DNA of 64,000 bases. It comes from Macrostomum lignano (Eukaryota). The translations under genes were made by a program, and so were the position numbers. The notes under the pieces were generated by a model. It saw only the letters and a program-made list of their open reading frames with translations, was not told where the DNA came from and searched no databases. The stretch is taken from contig NIVC01003934.1 of the NCBI GenBank assembly GCA_002269645.1, forward strand, positions 4,920 to 68,919. Direction: 5' to 3'. Below, one piece after another: positions 1-13,028 of the stretch (positions within the stretch are counted from its first letter, which is position 1; every line of letters begins with the position of its first letter).

Positions 1-1068
1 CGATTGCGACCTCTGGCTACAAAACTCTGCCGGGTCGCAATGAGAGAGACTGCGCGATGAAGTGCGAGTTGCTGGGCAGCCTGGTGTGCTCAGCCGTCTC
101 ATTCGTGCAGGAATCTGGTCTCTGTCTGCTGTCTGCCGTGCGGAATGCCAGCTTCGGAGCTGCTGGCGGCAGCGGCCAGGTTTTTCGACGACGGGAAACG
201 TCACGTGAGGTTGAATTTCATAGAACGCAAACTTTATGCGACTTTGTCAGTGGTTGAACTATCTAATCGCTGTTTTTCTGTGTCACTTTAAGACCTATCG
301 CTTCTGGGATGAGTACGGCTCGTAACTACGAGTATATTAAGGTGGCTCAAAGTGTTTACATTAATAAAAAAAATTACTCTTCTAGGCCTCGTGCGCTATG
401 GGACAATCGACGGTGGCCGCGTGTTCCGAATCATGCAACATCGATCGAAGGGAAATCTGAGCTTTGCTCGGAACTGGAGCGACTATGAGAACGGATTCGG
501 GGACGGCACTGACTTCTGGGTTGGTGAGTCCGGACTACTTTCAGAAATGCCGCCGAATTTTCGAGTGTAGCCTTCCTTATACTTTACTTGTCAACGCATT
601 TTGAAGCATTCTTTCCCCAAACTGCAACTCTTTTCAGGTCTAAAAACAATAAACCAACTGACCGGAAAGTCTCCGCGGCTGCTTAGAGCTGAGATAATCA
701 CGTGGTCGAATGTTCTCTTCGTGTGCGAGTACTCCAACTTTACTGTGGGCGACGTCACCACCAACTACACCATGAACTATGGTTCCTACCTGACTGGCAG
801 CTCCAACACAAGCGAAGACTCGCTATCCTACCAGAATGAAATGCAATTCTCCACAATGGACCGGGACAACGATGTTCAAAGCACTTCCTGCTCGAACTCC
901 TACGGCAACGGCGGCTGGTGGTTCAAGGACTGTTTAAAGACAAATCCTAATGGGATTTACGGCACCTCGGCTGTGATCGGCCCGGTTTACATGAGTTGGA
1001 ACGGAGCCACCTCGAATCGTTCAACTGCCATAAAGAGCATTCAACTCATGATTGAGTTCAGTGACTGA
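1..1068 (+). CDS. PAN/apple + fibrinogen C-terminal domain (FReD) protein, multi-exon, 5' end outside window
   Basis: Frame 3 from nt 3 reads RDCAMKCELLGSLVCSAVSFVQESGLCLL (PAN-type Cys spacing). Exon 386-523 reads GGRVFRIMQHRSKGNLSFARNWSDYENGFGDGTDFWV|gtgagt. Exon 638-1068 (ttttcag|) reads GLKTINQLT...MQFSTMDRDND...CSNSYGNGGWWFKDCLKTNPNG...IKSIQLMI*, all canonical FReD motifs. Junctions between 199 and 385 are not resolved. Confidence 0.85.
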
Positions 1069-1107
1069 GCAGCATTGCTGGTCATGTGACTATGAGACTG
1101 TCTTTTG

Positions 1108-2104
<997 letters not shown>

Positions 2105-2555
2105 ATACTTTGCATCAGAAAAACACAAATGTGAAATTTTAAATAAATCTTCATTTCGCGAGTTCTTAGCTACAGAATGGCACTTTTCAAACCTAAGTTC
2201 GTCATGTTGTTTATTTCGTCAAATCTTTGAAATCTCAAAGCAGACAGAGTGCCCTTTGACCAGTTAACGAGTGCACCCTAAAGATATTTTTAGCAATGAC
2301 TGGGCTGGTAACCTTGATTAAGCAAACCAAGCGTGTAGCCCTCAACAGAAACAAAATTGCCTCAGTATATTTAGTGAGCGACGGCTATTCCATGGCATTT
2401 TCGCGGAATTGCCGGCAAAAATACTATTGTGTGTAAATACGTAATAAATAGCCCGATAAGCAAGTTTTTATGGTGAATAATACTCGTAATTCCATCTCAG
2501 AACTTAATACATATTAAACTAGGAATTGCATCAGTTAAGCACAACAACAGACAGC

Positions 2556-3257
2556 ATGGTAGCCAAACAAAGGACCCAATCGCGAATATGCGCTGTGACA
2601 ACCGACCCTCACTCTTGGCGATCGGTCGACACCGCAGTCGACGTCCCTTGCCCACATCCCGACGTGGACATCAGCGGCCAGAACAGCCTTCTTCGCGCCG
2701 CTGCCAAAGCCGACTTGCAAAAGTTCGAGCAGCACTTTAGCCAGTGCAACAAAGACTCAGCTGCAGTCAACTACAAAGACTTTAGCAATCGAACTGCTCT
2801 GATTCTCGGCAGCATTGCCGGCAGCCTTGAGATCGTATGCAGACTGACTAAAAACCATCTGGTGAAGATCAATGAGCAGGTACGTGTGAATTCTTGGGAG
2901 AATCTTTAATGACAAAATATGCAGGTATTAAGAAACAATTCATGTTTTGCATTGCAGGACAAGTCCGGCTTCACTGCCCTCATGTACGCCACCCAGAGAG
3001 GTCACGCAGCCATCGCTGAGTTGCTCCTGAAGAAGAAGGCCAACTACAGGCTGACGGACAACCGCGGCAACACCGCCATCATTCTGGCCGCCAGACGAAA
3101 CCAGGTGGCCTGTCTGGAGACGCTGGCTCGCTACATCAAGGACCCAGCCGACTGGGAGGCGAAGGGAGAGCATGGACTCACTGCGAAAGAGTGGGCTGAA
3201 GCCAACGAGAGGCCAGAAGCGGCTGAATTCATACGGAAGATGCGCAATTCACCTTGA
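2556..3257 (+). CDS. Small ankyrin-repeat protein (~207 aa), exons 2556-2879 and 2958-3257
   Basis: ATG at 2556; donor CAG|GTACGT at 2879/80; acceptor ttgcag|GAC at 2957/58; phase 0 join. Ankyrin motifs NRTALILGS, GFTALMYA, GNTAIILAA, GLTAKEWA. Confidence 0.85.
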
Positions 3258-3795
3258 ATATTTTTGCCACACTGATGTGATCAATCAGTATTGACGTTCC
3301 ATATCGCATCTCAATTTTCTCTTTCATTTTTACTTTAAACGGTGAACGCATTTTATTCCTTTTTTAAACTTTATAAAAGACAAACCAACAAATATGCTGT
3401 AAGCCAACTCTGTTGCCTTAGTAAAGTACGAGTTGGACAAAAGCCAAAAATATTCTTAATAATTTTATTGAAAATGTGTGCTATAAATAAATTTTCCAAG
3501 TTTTATCTGTGATCTGTGAAATTTTCTTTTTTTATAAAGTATATACAATAACGAATCTATACAGCTCTTATTTAAAAGAGACAGAAAATTCGAGTATACA
3601 AAGTGAAGTTTATAACAAAATAAACCGCAAATTCGGTCAATTTTAAATTACATAAAAATTACATCGATTACATTAATTCGTTGATTGGATTTTTTAGTTA
3701 ATTTTTATTTTATAATTAGCCAGCTAGCTAGTGCCGATTGCGCACAGGTTGTATAAGCTCGTAGATTTTTTGTCGTAGGGTTTTAAACACTCTGC

Positions 3796-4040
3796 CAGTG
3801 GCGGATCTAGAGTTTCATTTTGGGGGGCGGTCTAAGTTTGGGGCGCCAACACGAGTATAAGGGGCGCCAATTTTTAACCTAGGGGCGCAAAAATGCGTAT
3901 AGGGGGCGAAAAATCAAGCTTAGGGGCGCAAAAAAGGTGTTTGGGTTCGCAAACTTAGGTTTTTTTGGGGGGCGCAATTTGTTCTGTCAAGCTATTTTTG
4001 GGGTGGGGGGCAGCTGCCCCCCCCCCTAAATCCATCCCTG
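3796..4040. mobile_element. hAT-like MITE (245 bp)
   Basis: Imperfect TIRs cagtggcggatctag / ctaaatccatccctg; flanks cactctgc / ctctgtgc (6 of 8 match, degenerate TSD); internal ggggcgc repeats. Confidence 0.65.
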
Positions 4041-4582
4041 CTCTGTGCTTTGGGTTCGACAACTTTTGTGAAAAATTCGATTAGCCCCCCCCATCTAAGT
4101 CAAACTCAATGAGCACAGGCTCAAAGTCACAAATCACAGAGTCACGCATGTACACATGCTCACAGCAATATATTATCACAGCAACAATTGATTTTACCCC
4201 TAGAGTCAGCAAATCTCATACCATTTCATTGACAGATAGGCCTCGCAAAGTGGATGAGTCAGCAGGCTAACGCGGTTCAGGTTGACCATGTGCTGTAATG
4301 TGAGGGCTTTTTACATTTTTTGAGAGAAAATGTAAAGAGTTTTGCTATTTGCAGGTCCACTCACTCGAAGAATAGGCAAAAACGGGTACTTTTGTCCCAA
4401 CGTCTCCTCGTAAACAGGGATTTTTTCAACGGCAAACTGCAGCAGGCTGAAGTCATAGACGGTCTGAATTGGAAAAAAATAAAAGCCTGTTGAATTTGTT
4501 GCTTAACAAAGGAATCTTAACACCAACCAGTTTATCGCTCTCAGTGGGTCTACTAATTGAAAGATTATTTGTCTTGTCGATT

Positions 4583-5087
4583 CAGTGACGTGCGTAGAGG
4601 GTCAGGTGGGCCCATCGCCTCAAAAAAATTTATGAAGCTCCACGAATGGCAGAAGCTCAACTTTTGCTCACCAAGAGACAGGGGCGCCCACCAAGAGACA
4701 GGGACGTCCACTAAGAAACAGGGACGTCCATCATGAGACAGGGATGCCCACCAAGAGACAGGGATGCCCACCAAGAGACAGGGACGTCCACTAAGAAACA
4801 GGGACGTCCATCATGAGACAGGGATGCCCACCAAGAGACAGGGATGCCCACCAAGAGACAGGGACGTCCACTAAGAAACAGGGACGTCCATCATGAGACA
4901 GGGATGCCCACCAAGAGACAGGGGCGTCCCCTAGAAATATGAACGCCCACCACAAGACAGGTGCACCCACCAGGTGACAGGGGCGACGTCTCTGGAGATA
5001 TATTCGCGAACCAAGACACCCAAATATTGGTGCCCGTTAGGGTTGTGGCCACCTCCAATTGGAATTCCTGTGTGCGTAGGTTTACTG
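4583..5087. mobile_element. Degenerate copy of the minisatellite-bearing MITE (20-bp ccaccaagagacagggg(c/t)gc array at ~4670-4930)
   Basis: Left end cagtgacgtgcgtagag...ggtcagg and right-hand cctccaattggaattcctg resemble the 10892-12409 element; no TSD found. Confidence 0.6.
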
Positions 5088-5980
5088 ATTAAAGGATAAC
5101 TTGTACACTCGTATCGATCATTAGTAGCTAATATTCTTAGAGACAAATAGAGACAAATAAATAACAGACCTTGTAGCCTTTGTCCGTAATGCTGCGATCC
5201 AAAGCCATCTGAAATTTTGATTATTTCCCGTTTGTTAGAAAGTCTAGATGCTACGAGTATATGAAGCATTCGCTAACTTTTCTTGCAAAATGCGGTTGGT
5301 CTACTTCTAGTCTACTTTGTGTGCATTTCTCTCTAAATATTATGCTGTGTGAGAATTTTACAAGCGTAGATTTCGAAAAGAAGGGCAGTTTCAGCGGCTT
5401 GGACCAACTTAGCCAATACTCAACCAATTTGAGTAATGTACGCTAGCTGGCTTATGTACATAGACCACGGGATTTTGAGCATAGGGGACGAGTGGCTAGA
5501 ATAGAAAGTACGCGTGTTCAAAACGCAGTTGTAGGGGTTGAATCGCCCGGAGGATAGAGGGACTTCGTTTCTGAATTTTACATCACTTATGCGCAACGAC
5601 AACGATGGATACAAATGGCCAAACCAAGTGTCCAGTGTCTTTTGAAAGAGCGTAGGAGTGTAGCAGTTCGGAGTTAGCGGTGCGAAGAAGCTAGGAGCAA
5701 ACTCTGGGAGTAGGAGTGAATGAGGTCGCGTTAAGAGTCAATTTTACGTGTGAGCGTATTATAAGACAAGGACAGTAGAATTCCACTCCTAACGCCTGAG
5801 TCAAGCGTTCGAGAAAAAACTGACCAACTGAATTCTAAATTTTAATAAAGACTGCATCACAACAGGCTTTTTTATTTATCAACAGTGTGAGTTGTGACTC
5901 CCACTTGAATTGTGTCAGTGTTGGTAACAATATTGAAAATAAAAAGAATTGGTCGATTCAAGTCTTTTTGGTAACTCTGA

Positions 5981-6130
5981 TTGCTGAGATGTCGAAGCTT
6001 ACTGGGGGAATTACTGAGATGTCGAGGCTTACTGGGGAATTACTGAGATGTCGAGGCTTACTGGGGGAATTACTGAGATATCGAGGCTTACTGGGGGATT
6101 GCTGAGGTGTCGAGGCTTACTGGGGGAATT
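5981..6130. repeat. 30-bp tandem repeat, ~5 copies (ttactgagatgtcgaggcttactgggggaa)
   Basis: Direct reading. Confidence 0.9.
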
Positions 6131-7884
6131 GTTAGGATATCAAGACTGAGAGGTCGGAAGTAGATTATTCGAAAAGTAATTATTCAATCTTTTGAACAAT
6201 TTTACTCGAATAAGGTGATTTATTAAACTGAAATAGGAATGCTTTTAAGAAAATTTGCTCTTATTTGAAAGGATTTTCATAAATAAATTTCGTCCCTTGC
6301 TAATTGGGCGCCGCGAAGGGGGGGCACTAGATTGCTAGTTTTGTAGCTCTGAATTGACAATCTGTAACTTGATTTGTCATGTTCTTTTCCGGAAAAAGCT
6401 ACAGAAAAAAAGGTATTTATGCTGCTCACACTAGCACACTCGGGCAGGTACTGGATGCACTCGAACACGGGGCAGCACCCGACAGACACGGAGAGCAGCA
6501 CTTCAGTCCAGCGAGCATGCTGAATCACGGCTATGAGCACTTCCTTCTCCTTGGCCCTGGTGGCGTAGTTCACGAACAGGTAACCGTTGCAGTCCTTGAT
6601 GAGGCTGGCACCGCAGCTCAGCAGGTGCGACACGACCTCGGCTTGGCCAGATTGTGCAGCCAGGTGTAAGGCAGTTTTCTGTTCAAATTTCAGGTGGGTC
6701 AAGCTTGTAATCAACGTAATTTACTGGAAATCTGAACTGTAACATCTGTAAACTCAACATTAGGATTTTTTATGCTATCCAGTTTAATTAGTTAGGGCAA
6801 AAACTCTTTACAAACCTTGATAATACGCTATAAGTAGTGATGTCTGCTAGGACAAGTCAATTAGTGCAATCTATGCTACGGTCATTGGTCAATTAAGTAA
6901 TTAGTGAGTCGTAATCCACTTGATTATGGTCTGGAGTGGACCTAATATGATTGTTCAAGGTAAAATTAGCGGATGGACAAAGGTAAATATAATTAAATGC
7001 CAAATCAACTTGGACGATAAATGTCAAATATTAGCTGTGCTCAACCTTTGATGTGCTAAGCTGGGATAGATTAATTAAATTAGTGTGTTCAGTGGAAACG
7101 TTGAGTAGACGTAGAACTAAGCTGGAAAAATGAGTATTTTAGATGTGCTCATTCGAGAAGAAGCTACAGTACCTCATTCAAGCTCAACAGTAGTCTATTG
7201 GTCGACAGAAAGTGAAATTAATTGTCACAAACTACGAGATAAACAAATGTTAAGCTGCAAAATAGTTACTGACAGACAGACAAATATGTTTTAAAAAGGG
7301 TTTCAATAAAATCACCTCTTCTCGGTTCTGAGCATCGATAAGAATTGGATTGACGCTGAGCAGCAATCTGATGCAGTTCATGTGGCCATTGCGAACCGCC
7401 AGGTGTAGGCAGGTGTTGCCGTTAGTGTCTCTAAAATGTAAAATGATTAAAAGTTTCAATGAAGATCTTCAACTGCCTATATATAGACGGCTGTGATAGA
7501 CAGCTAAATTACACTATTCTTCAATTAGCAGTACCAATCGATGCTTCATACCTATAGCCTTTACCTACTTGAAGTATACTCGCAGGTTGAGTAGATAATC
7601 AGTCCCGTGACGTGTTCAAATGAGAACTCTTATAATGCCGTTTAAACATTCTAAAGCTCAAGAAGCATTTCAGAGATAGGAAATTTTCGGCTTTTCAATA
7701 ATCTATCCGCAGTGTCTACCCTCCGAAAGTTCCAAAATAAAATTCTGCTGTTTCTGTAGTTTTAGTGTGCAGTTTTTCTAGCGCGGTTTTTTCTCAACCG
7801 AAATTTGTCTATGGCCAAACCCCAGTCTGCCCTGTGCAAAGTGCAAATCTTTTCGAAATCTATTTATTTAGAGATAAATCTATC

Positions 7885-8233
7885 TAGAGAGGAAAGGAGA
7901 AGAGATGAAAGGAGAGAGGAGAGGAAAGATGAGAGGAGAAGAGATGAAAGGAGAGAGGAGAGGAAAGATGAGAGGAGAAGAGATGAAAGGAGAGAGGAGA
8001 GGAAAGATGAGAGGAGAAGAGATGGAAGGAGAGAGGAAGTAGAGATGAGAGGAGAAGATATGAATATATGAAAGGATATGAAAGGAGAGAGAGGAGAGAT
8101 GAGAGGAGGGGGGAGGACAGAACTGCGAAGAGAGCTGAGAAGAGACAAACCTTGAACATTACTATTGTGAAGTTTCAAAGGAAGATGAGGGCCGGATAGA
8201 GAGGCTTCGCGGGCCGGTGTTTGCCGATCCCTA
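7885..8233 (-). mobile_element. GA-rich tract followed by a hAT-like terminus
   Basis: 8190-8233 (gccggatagagaggcttcgcgggccgg...gccgatcccta) matches 42055-42100; its reverse complement TAGGGATCGGCAAAC..CGGCCCGCG resembles hAT/Charlie-type MITE ends. The partner end was not found. Confidence 0.45.
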
Positions 8234-8688
8234 CTTTAGACTCGGCGTTTTCAAATTAAATGCCCCCTCCTCACTTTTAGAACACGGCGCCTCGCTGCAG
8301 GAGAATTCGCACGATTTTCGCGTGCCCATTCTCGGCTGCCAGGTGCAACGGCGACTGGCCCAACCGGTCGAGGGTGTTGAGCAGGGGCGGGCCGGACTCA
8401 ACAAGGTGCCGACAGGTGTTCAATCGGCCGTAGCGGGCGGCGAAGTGCAACGGCGTGCTCCGGTCATTGTTGGCTACCCGGCATTGGGCGCCCAGGTGCA
8501 GCAGCTTCTCGGTGATCATCAGGTCGCCCTTCTGCGTGGCGTAGTGCAGCGGCGTGCAGCCGTACTGATCCTTCAGGTTGAGCAGCGGTGCCAGCTTCTT
8601 CAATTGATTGATGTGAAGCTATTTGAAGGCGCTGTTTTGAGACTGGTTTGACAGGTATCCTATTGCACCAAGTGCTTTTGCACCTTCA

Positions 8689-8690
8689 AT

Positions 8691-8761
<71 letters not shown>

Positions 8762-8846
8762 CATCCATCCATCAATCCATCCATCAATCAATCAATCAAT
8801 CCATCCATCCATCAATCAATCGATCGATCAATCAATCAATCAATCA
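8689..8846. repeat. (ATCA/ATCC)n microsatellite in TRPA1 intron
   Basis: Direct reading. Confidence 0.95.
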
Positions 8847-9595
8847 AAAACTAACTTTAACAATGCACGGATTGTTCCACTGGTCCTTCTTGGCGCCATT
8901 GATGGTGCACAAGTGGACGACATTCCTGCCGTCAACGTCAACAGCGGAAATGTCGGCTCCGGAGCAGAACAGCGTGACCAGACAGTCGAATGCGCTCTTC
9001 CGGGCTGCAAGCAGCAAGGCTGTGTTATCCTGGTTGTCCTGGATCGCTGCCCTGCAGTGCGAAAGTAATTTTCAGCATTTGAGTTGGCCATCTCAATTAT
9101 CAGTTAGGTTGACCGCTTCTTAGATAACTTCATCGCGTTCTTAGATAAGGCCTCACCTTAGAGAGCAGGAACTTGACCAGCTCAGATTGGTTGAACATCA
9201 CGGCCTTGTGCAGCGGCGTGTGTCCGTTCTTGTCCCGGTGGGCCAACACGTCGCGCACCTTCTTAGGCTGGAATTCGAACATCATCTGGACCATCTCCAG
9301 TTCGCCTTTCAGACAGGCGAAGTGTACCGGTGTGCTCGAATCATCCTGCTCGGTGTCGATGTCAGCCTCGAGCTCCAGGCAGAGCCTCACGGCGTTCGGG
9401 TCGCCGCAGTTCACCGCAGCGTGCAGGGGGACATTGCCCTCGAGGTCGCGATAGTTGATCACCTGCTTGCGACTGATTCCGTGCTTCTTCTGGCAGAAAT
9501 CAGCGATTAGGCTGAGGCATTTGGCGCTGCTGTTCGTGACGGCAATGTGCGACGGGAACTGACCGAAGTTGTCCGGCTTGCACGGCTGGCATTCC

Positions 9596-9843
9596 CAGCT
9601 ATTGCGCGCAGCTATTGCGCGATGCATCTGAAGGCTGCGTACGGCTGTTCAGTCCATGGACTGGGGGGTCGCCACACACACACCGTTAATTACCCCCAGC
9701 TAATGCTGGCACCCATTTTACAGCTGGATGAACTGAAGCAATGCAGAATTAAGTGTCTTGCTCAAGGACACAAATTATTCCTGTGGTATCGGGAATCGAA
9801 CCCCCGACCTTTCCGACGCTCTAACCACTAGGCTACAATCCCA
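9596..9843 (-). mobile_element. tRNA-derived CORE-like SINE, copy 1, abutting TRPA1 exon 4
   Basis: A box TAGCCTAGTGG, B box GGTTCGATTCC, central gtgtccttgagcaagacactt...cagctgtaaaatggg (CORE-domain-like); three other copies in the window. Confidence 0.85.
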
Positions 9844-10891
9844 ATGCAGAGAAAAAAGTCGAAAAGCTGTGATAGTCTATAAAAGTTTTTAGAAAAGCTT
9901 TCCTCAATGCATCGACTTCCGTAGTGAGGGAAAGGATTCTGTTTGAGCACTGTAACCAACAACAATTGCTGTGTGACTTTCTCTAACTTTTCCTTTGTTG
10001 TCTCAGACAAAAGAATTCTTTTCAATGTGGGATTATGGTCAAGGTTCTACATAGCTAAGGTATATTTATTCTTGATCCAGAATAATGAGTATGCATAGAA
10101 TCCGATGGCTCAACTTCTTGATGAACTTCTCACATTCATCGATCGTCCACTTGCATAATTTCTTCCTTCTTCTTCTGGGGGCATGCAATCATAAGTGCAA
10201 TTGCGAAACTCAAGAGAGGCAAACTTCTCAGCTTTAGGAACGGTGTATTATCCCTATTATTCAATTAATTTCTCTCGCCATATGCCGCGATGTTTACCCA
10301 AGGGTCATTAATTATCAAACGGCAGTGTGAAGCCTCTGAGAGAATTCTACCCCAGTATTCGCTGTCACCGTGTGATTTATGAATAAATTTGTGGGATATT
10401 TGGAGCCAATTTATTAATCAATTATCACTGACGGCTAATCGAAATTAGCTTGAAAGAGTACACATCAATAAAATATGACTAGGCGTTGTTTAGACATGCA
10501 ATCTACTGATTTCACCTGTTTCAGTTGTCCCTAAGCAGAGGATGATACTATAGGATCCGCTTTGCCTTGCGTTTACCTCATTCGAAGACACTTAATAAAT
10601 ACCTTTACTTCTATTGCTCTTATTATTTAGCTATTGCTCAGTCACTATTCTCAGGATGGTAGGATTTTTTACATGTTATTTCATTTGTAAGAAATTAATG
10701 TCGTATTATATTCAAGACTGCATGGACTACACATGGAATAAAATTTGTTGATAAATTCATATTTTATGTCTGATAAATTGAAAAAGATTGTAAGCCTTAT
10801 TTTCGATGCCAATCGTAAATAAATGAATAGAAAAAGGGAAGAACCAACATTGATTTGATCACTAAAGCCGATTTTTTCTGTCACTTCTGTC

Positions 10892-12409
10892 CAGCGGCCT
10901 ACGCAGAGGAGAGCCGGAGGTCAGGGGTGCCCACCAAGAGACAGGGCCGCCCACCAAGAGACAGGGGGCGCCCACCAAGAGACAGGGGTGCCCACCAAGA
11001 GACAGGGGCGCCCACCAAGAGACAGGGCCGCCCACCAAGAGACAGGGGGGCCCACCAAGAGACAGGGGCGCTCATCAAGAGACAGGGGCGCCCACTAAGA
11101 GACAGGGGTGCCCACCAAGAGACAGGGCCGCCCACCAAGAGACAGGGGGCGCCCACCAAGAGACAGGGGGTGCCCACAAAGAGACAGGGGTGCCCACCAA
11201 GAGACAGGGGTGCCCACCAAGAGACAGGGGCGCTCATCAAGAGACAGGGGCGCCCACCAAGAGACAGGGGTGCCCATCAAGAGACAGGGGCGCCCACTAA
11301 GAGACAGGGGTGCCCACCAAGAGACAGGGCCGCCCACCAAGAGACAGGGGGCGCCCACCAAGAGACAGGGGGTGCCCACAAAGAGACAGGGGCGCCCACC
11401 AAGAGACAGGGGTGCCCACCAAGAGACAGGGGCGCTCATCAAGAGACAGGGGCGCCCACCAAGAGACAGGGGTGCCCACCAAGAGACAGGGGTGCCCACC
11501 AAGAGACAGGGCCGCCCACCAAGAGACACGGGTGCCCACCAAGAGACAGGGGTGCCCACCAAGAGACAGGGGTGCCCACCAAGAGACAGGGCCGCCCACC
11601 AAGAGACAGGGGTGCCCACCAAGAGACAGGGGCGCCCACCAAGAGACAGGGGTGCCCACCAAGAGACAGGGGTGCCCACCAAGAGACAGGGCCGCCCATC
11701 AAGAGACAGGGCCGCCCACCAAGAGACAGGGACGCCCACCAAGAGAAAGTGGCGCCCACCAAGAGACAGGGCCGCCAACCAAGAGAAAGTGGCGCCCACC
11801 AAGAGACAGGGGTGCCCACCAAGAGACAGGGGCGCCCACTAAGAGACAGGGGCGCTCATCAAGAGACAGGGGCGCCCACTAAGAGACAGGGGTGCCCACC
11901 AAGAGATAGGGCCGCCCACCAAGAGACAGGGGGCGCCCACCAAGAGACAGGGGGTGCCCACAAAGAGACAGGGGCGCCCACCAAGAGAAAGTGGCGCCCA
12001 CCAAGAGACAGGGGCGCCCACCAAGAGACAGGGCCGCCCACCAAGAGACAGGGCCGCCCACCAAGAGACAGGGACGCCCACCAAGAGAAAGTGGCGCCCA
12101 CCAAGAGACAGGGCCGCCAACCAAGAGAAAGTGGCGCCCACCAAGAGACAGGGGTGCCCACCAAGAGACAGGGGCGCCCACCAAGAGACAGGGGGTGCCC
12201 ACCAAGAGACAGGGGCGCCCACCAAGAGACAAGGGCGCCCACCAAGAGACAGCGCCGCCCACCAAGAGACAGAGGCGCCCACCAAGAGACAGGGGCGCCC
12301 ACCAAGAGACAGGGGCGCCCACTCAAGAGGTCGAGAATCGAACCCCCGATTAAACTGTTGCCTTTCAAGGTAGCGGCCCCTCCAATTAAAATTCCTGCCC
12401 ACGCCACAG
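10892..12409. mobile_element. hAT-type MITE inflated by ~70 copies of a 20-bp minisatellite
   Basis: Imperfect TIRs cagcggcctacgcag / ctgcccacgccacag; 8-bp flanks cttctgtc (10884-10891) and cttctatc (12410-12417). Confidence 0.75.
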
Positions 12410-12947
12410 CTTCTATCTATGATAATACATCGAGAGGTCTCTGAAAGGAGTAAAATATAAAAAATACAAAAAAATTAATCTTTACTTTTGTAAAGCTGAA
12501 GCCGAAAAAACTACGCATTCAAATGGGAATCGCATAGTCATTCTGCGTTCGTGTGTCTGTGAAACTTTCTGTTGAATAAGGGAGCTTTCCCTTAGAAAAC
12601 CATAACGAAAAATTTAGAACAATAAATGTGAAAGATTTTATTTATTTATTTTATTTTTGAACGACCATACTGTAGACAAGTATCGTCTGAAAAAGGCGAT
12701 TACTCGTACTAAATTATAAGAAATAGGACCTTCGGGTAATACATCTAGCCCACTACAAAAACATCTAAATTTGTTTTTTTTGTAATTGTAACGGTAGTCC
12801 CTAAAAGTGTCATACGAGCTAATTTTGAGCACTGCATGACTTTGATTGAGCAGTTTTGTCTTGCTATAACCTTGCAGAAATCGGGAGAAATTATACGGTA
12901 AGCATCTGTAAGAAGCAAATGTAATTTCTGTCCGTCCGTTGAATCAA

Positions 12948-13028
12948 GTCTCCAGACTCTCCAGACTCTCCAGACTCTCCAGACTCTCCAGACTCTCCAG
13001 ACTCTCCAGACTCTCCAGACTCTCCAGA
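12948..13028. repeat. (CTCCAGACT)n 9-mer, ~9 copies, directly after the CYP stop codon
   Basis: Direct reading. Confidence 0.95.

Noticed and set aside
9592-9845. tggga target-site duplication around SINE copy 1
   Set aside because: The ggga on the 5' side matches the SINE's own GGGG start seen in other copies, so the TSD is unproven.
10070-10190. Possible transposase fragment (CKWTIDECEKFIKKL, minus strand)
   Set aside because: Too short, with no catalytic motif or TIRs.
10855-12444. 529-aa ORF and overlapping ORFs (PTKRQGRPPRDRGAHQETG repeats)
   Set aside because: Translation of a 20-bp minisatellite that is open in several frames on both strands, inside a MITE.
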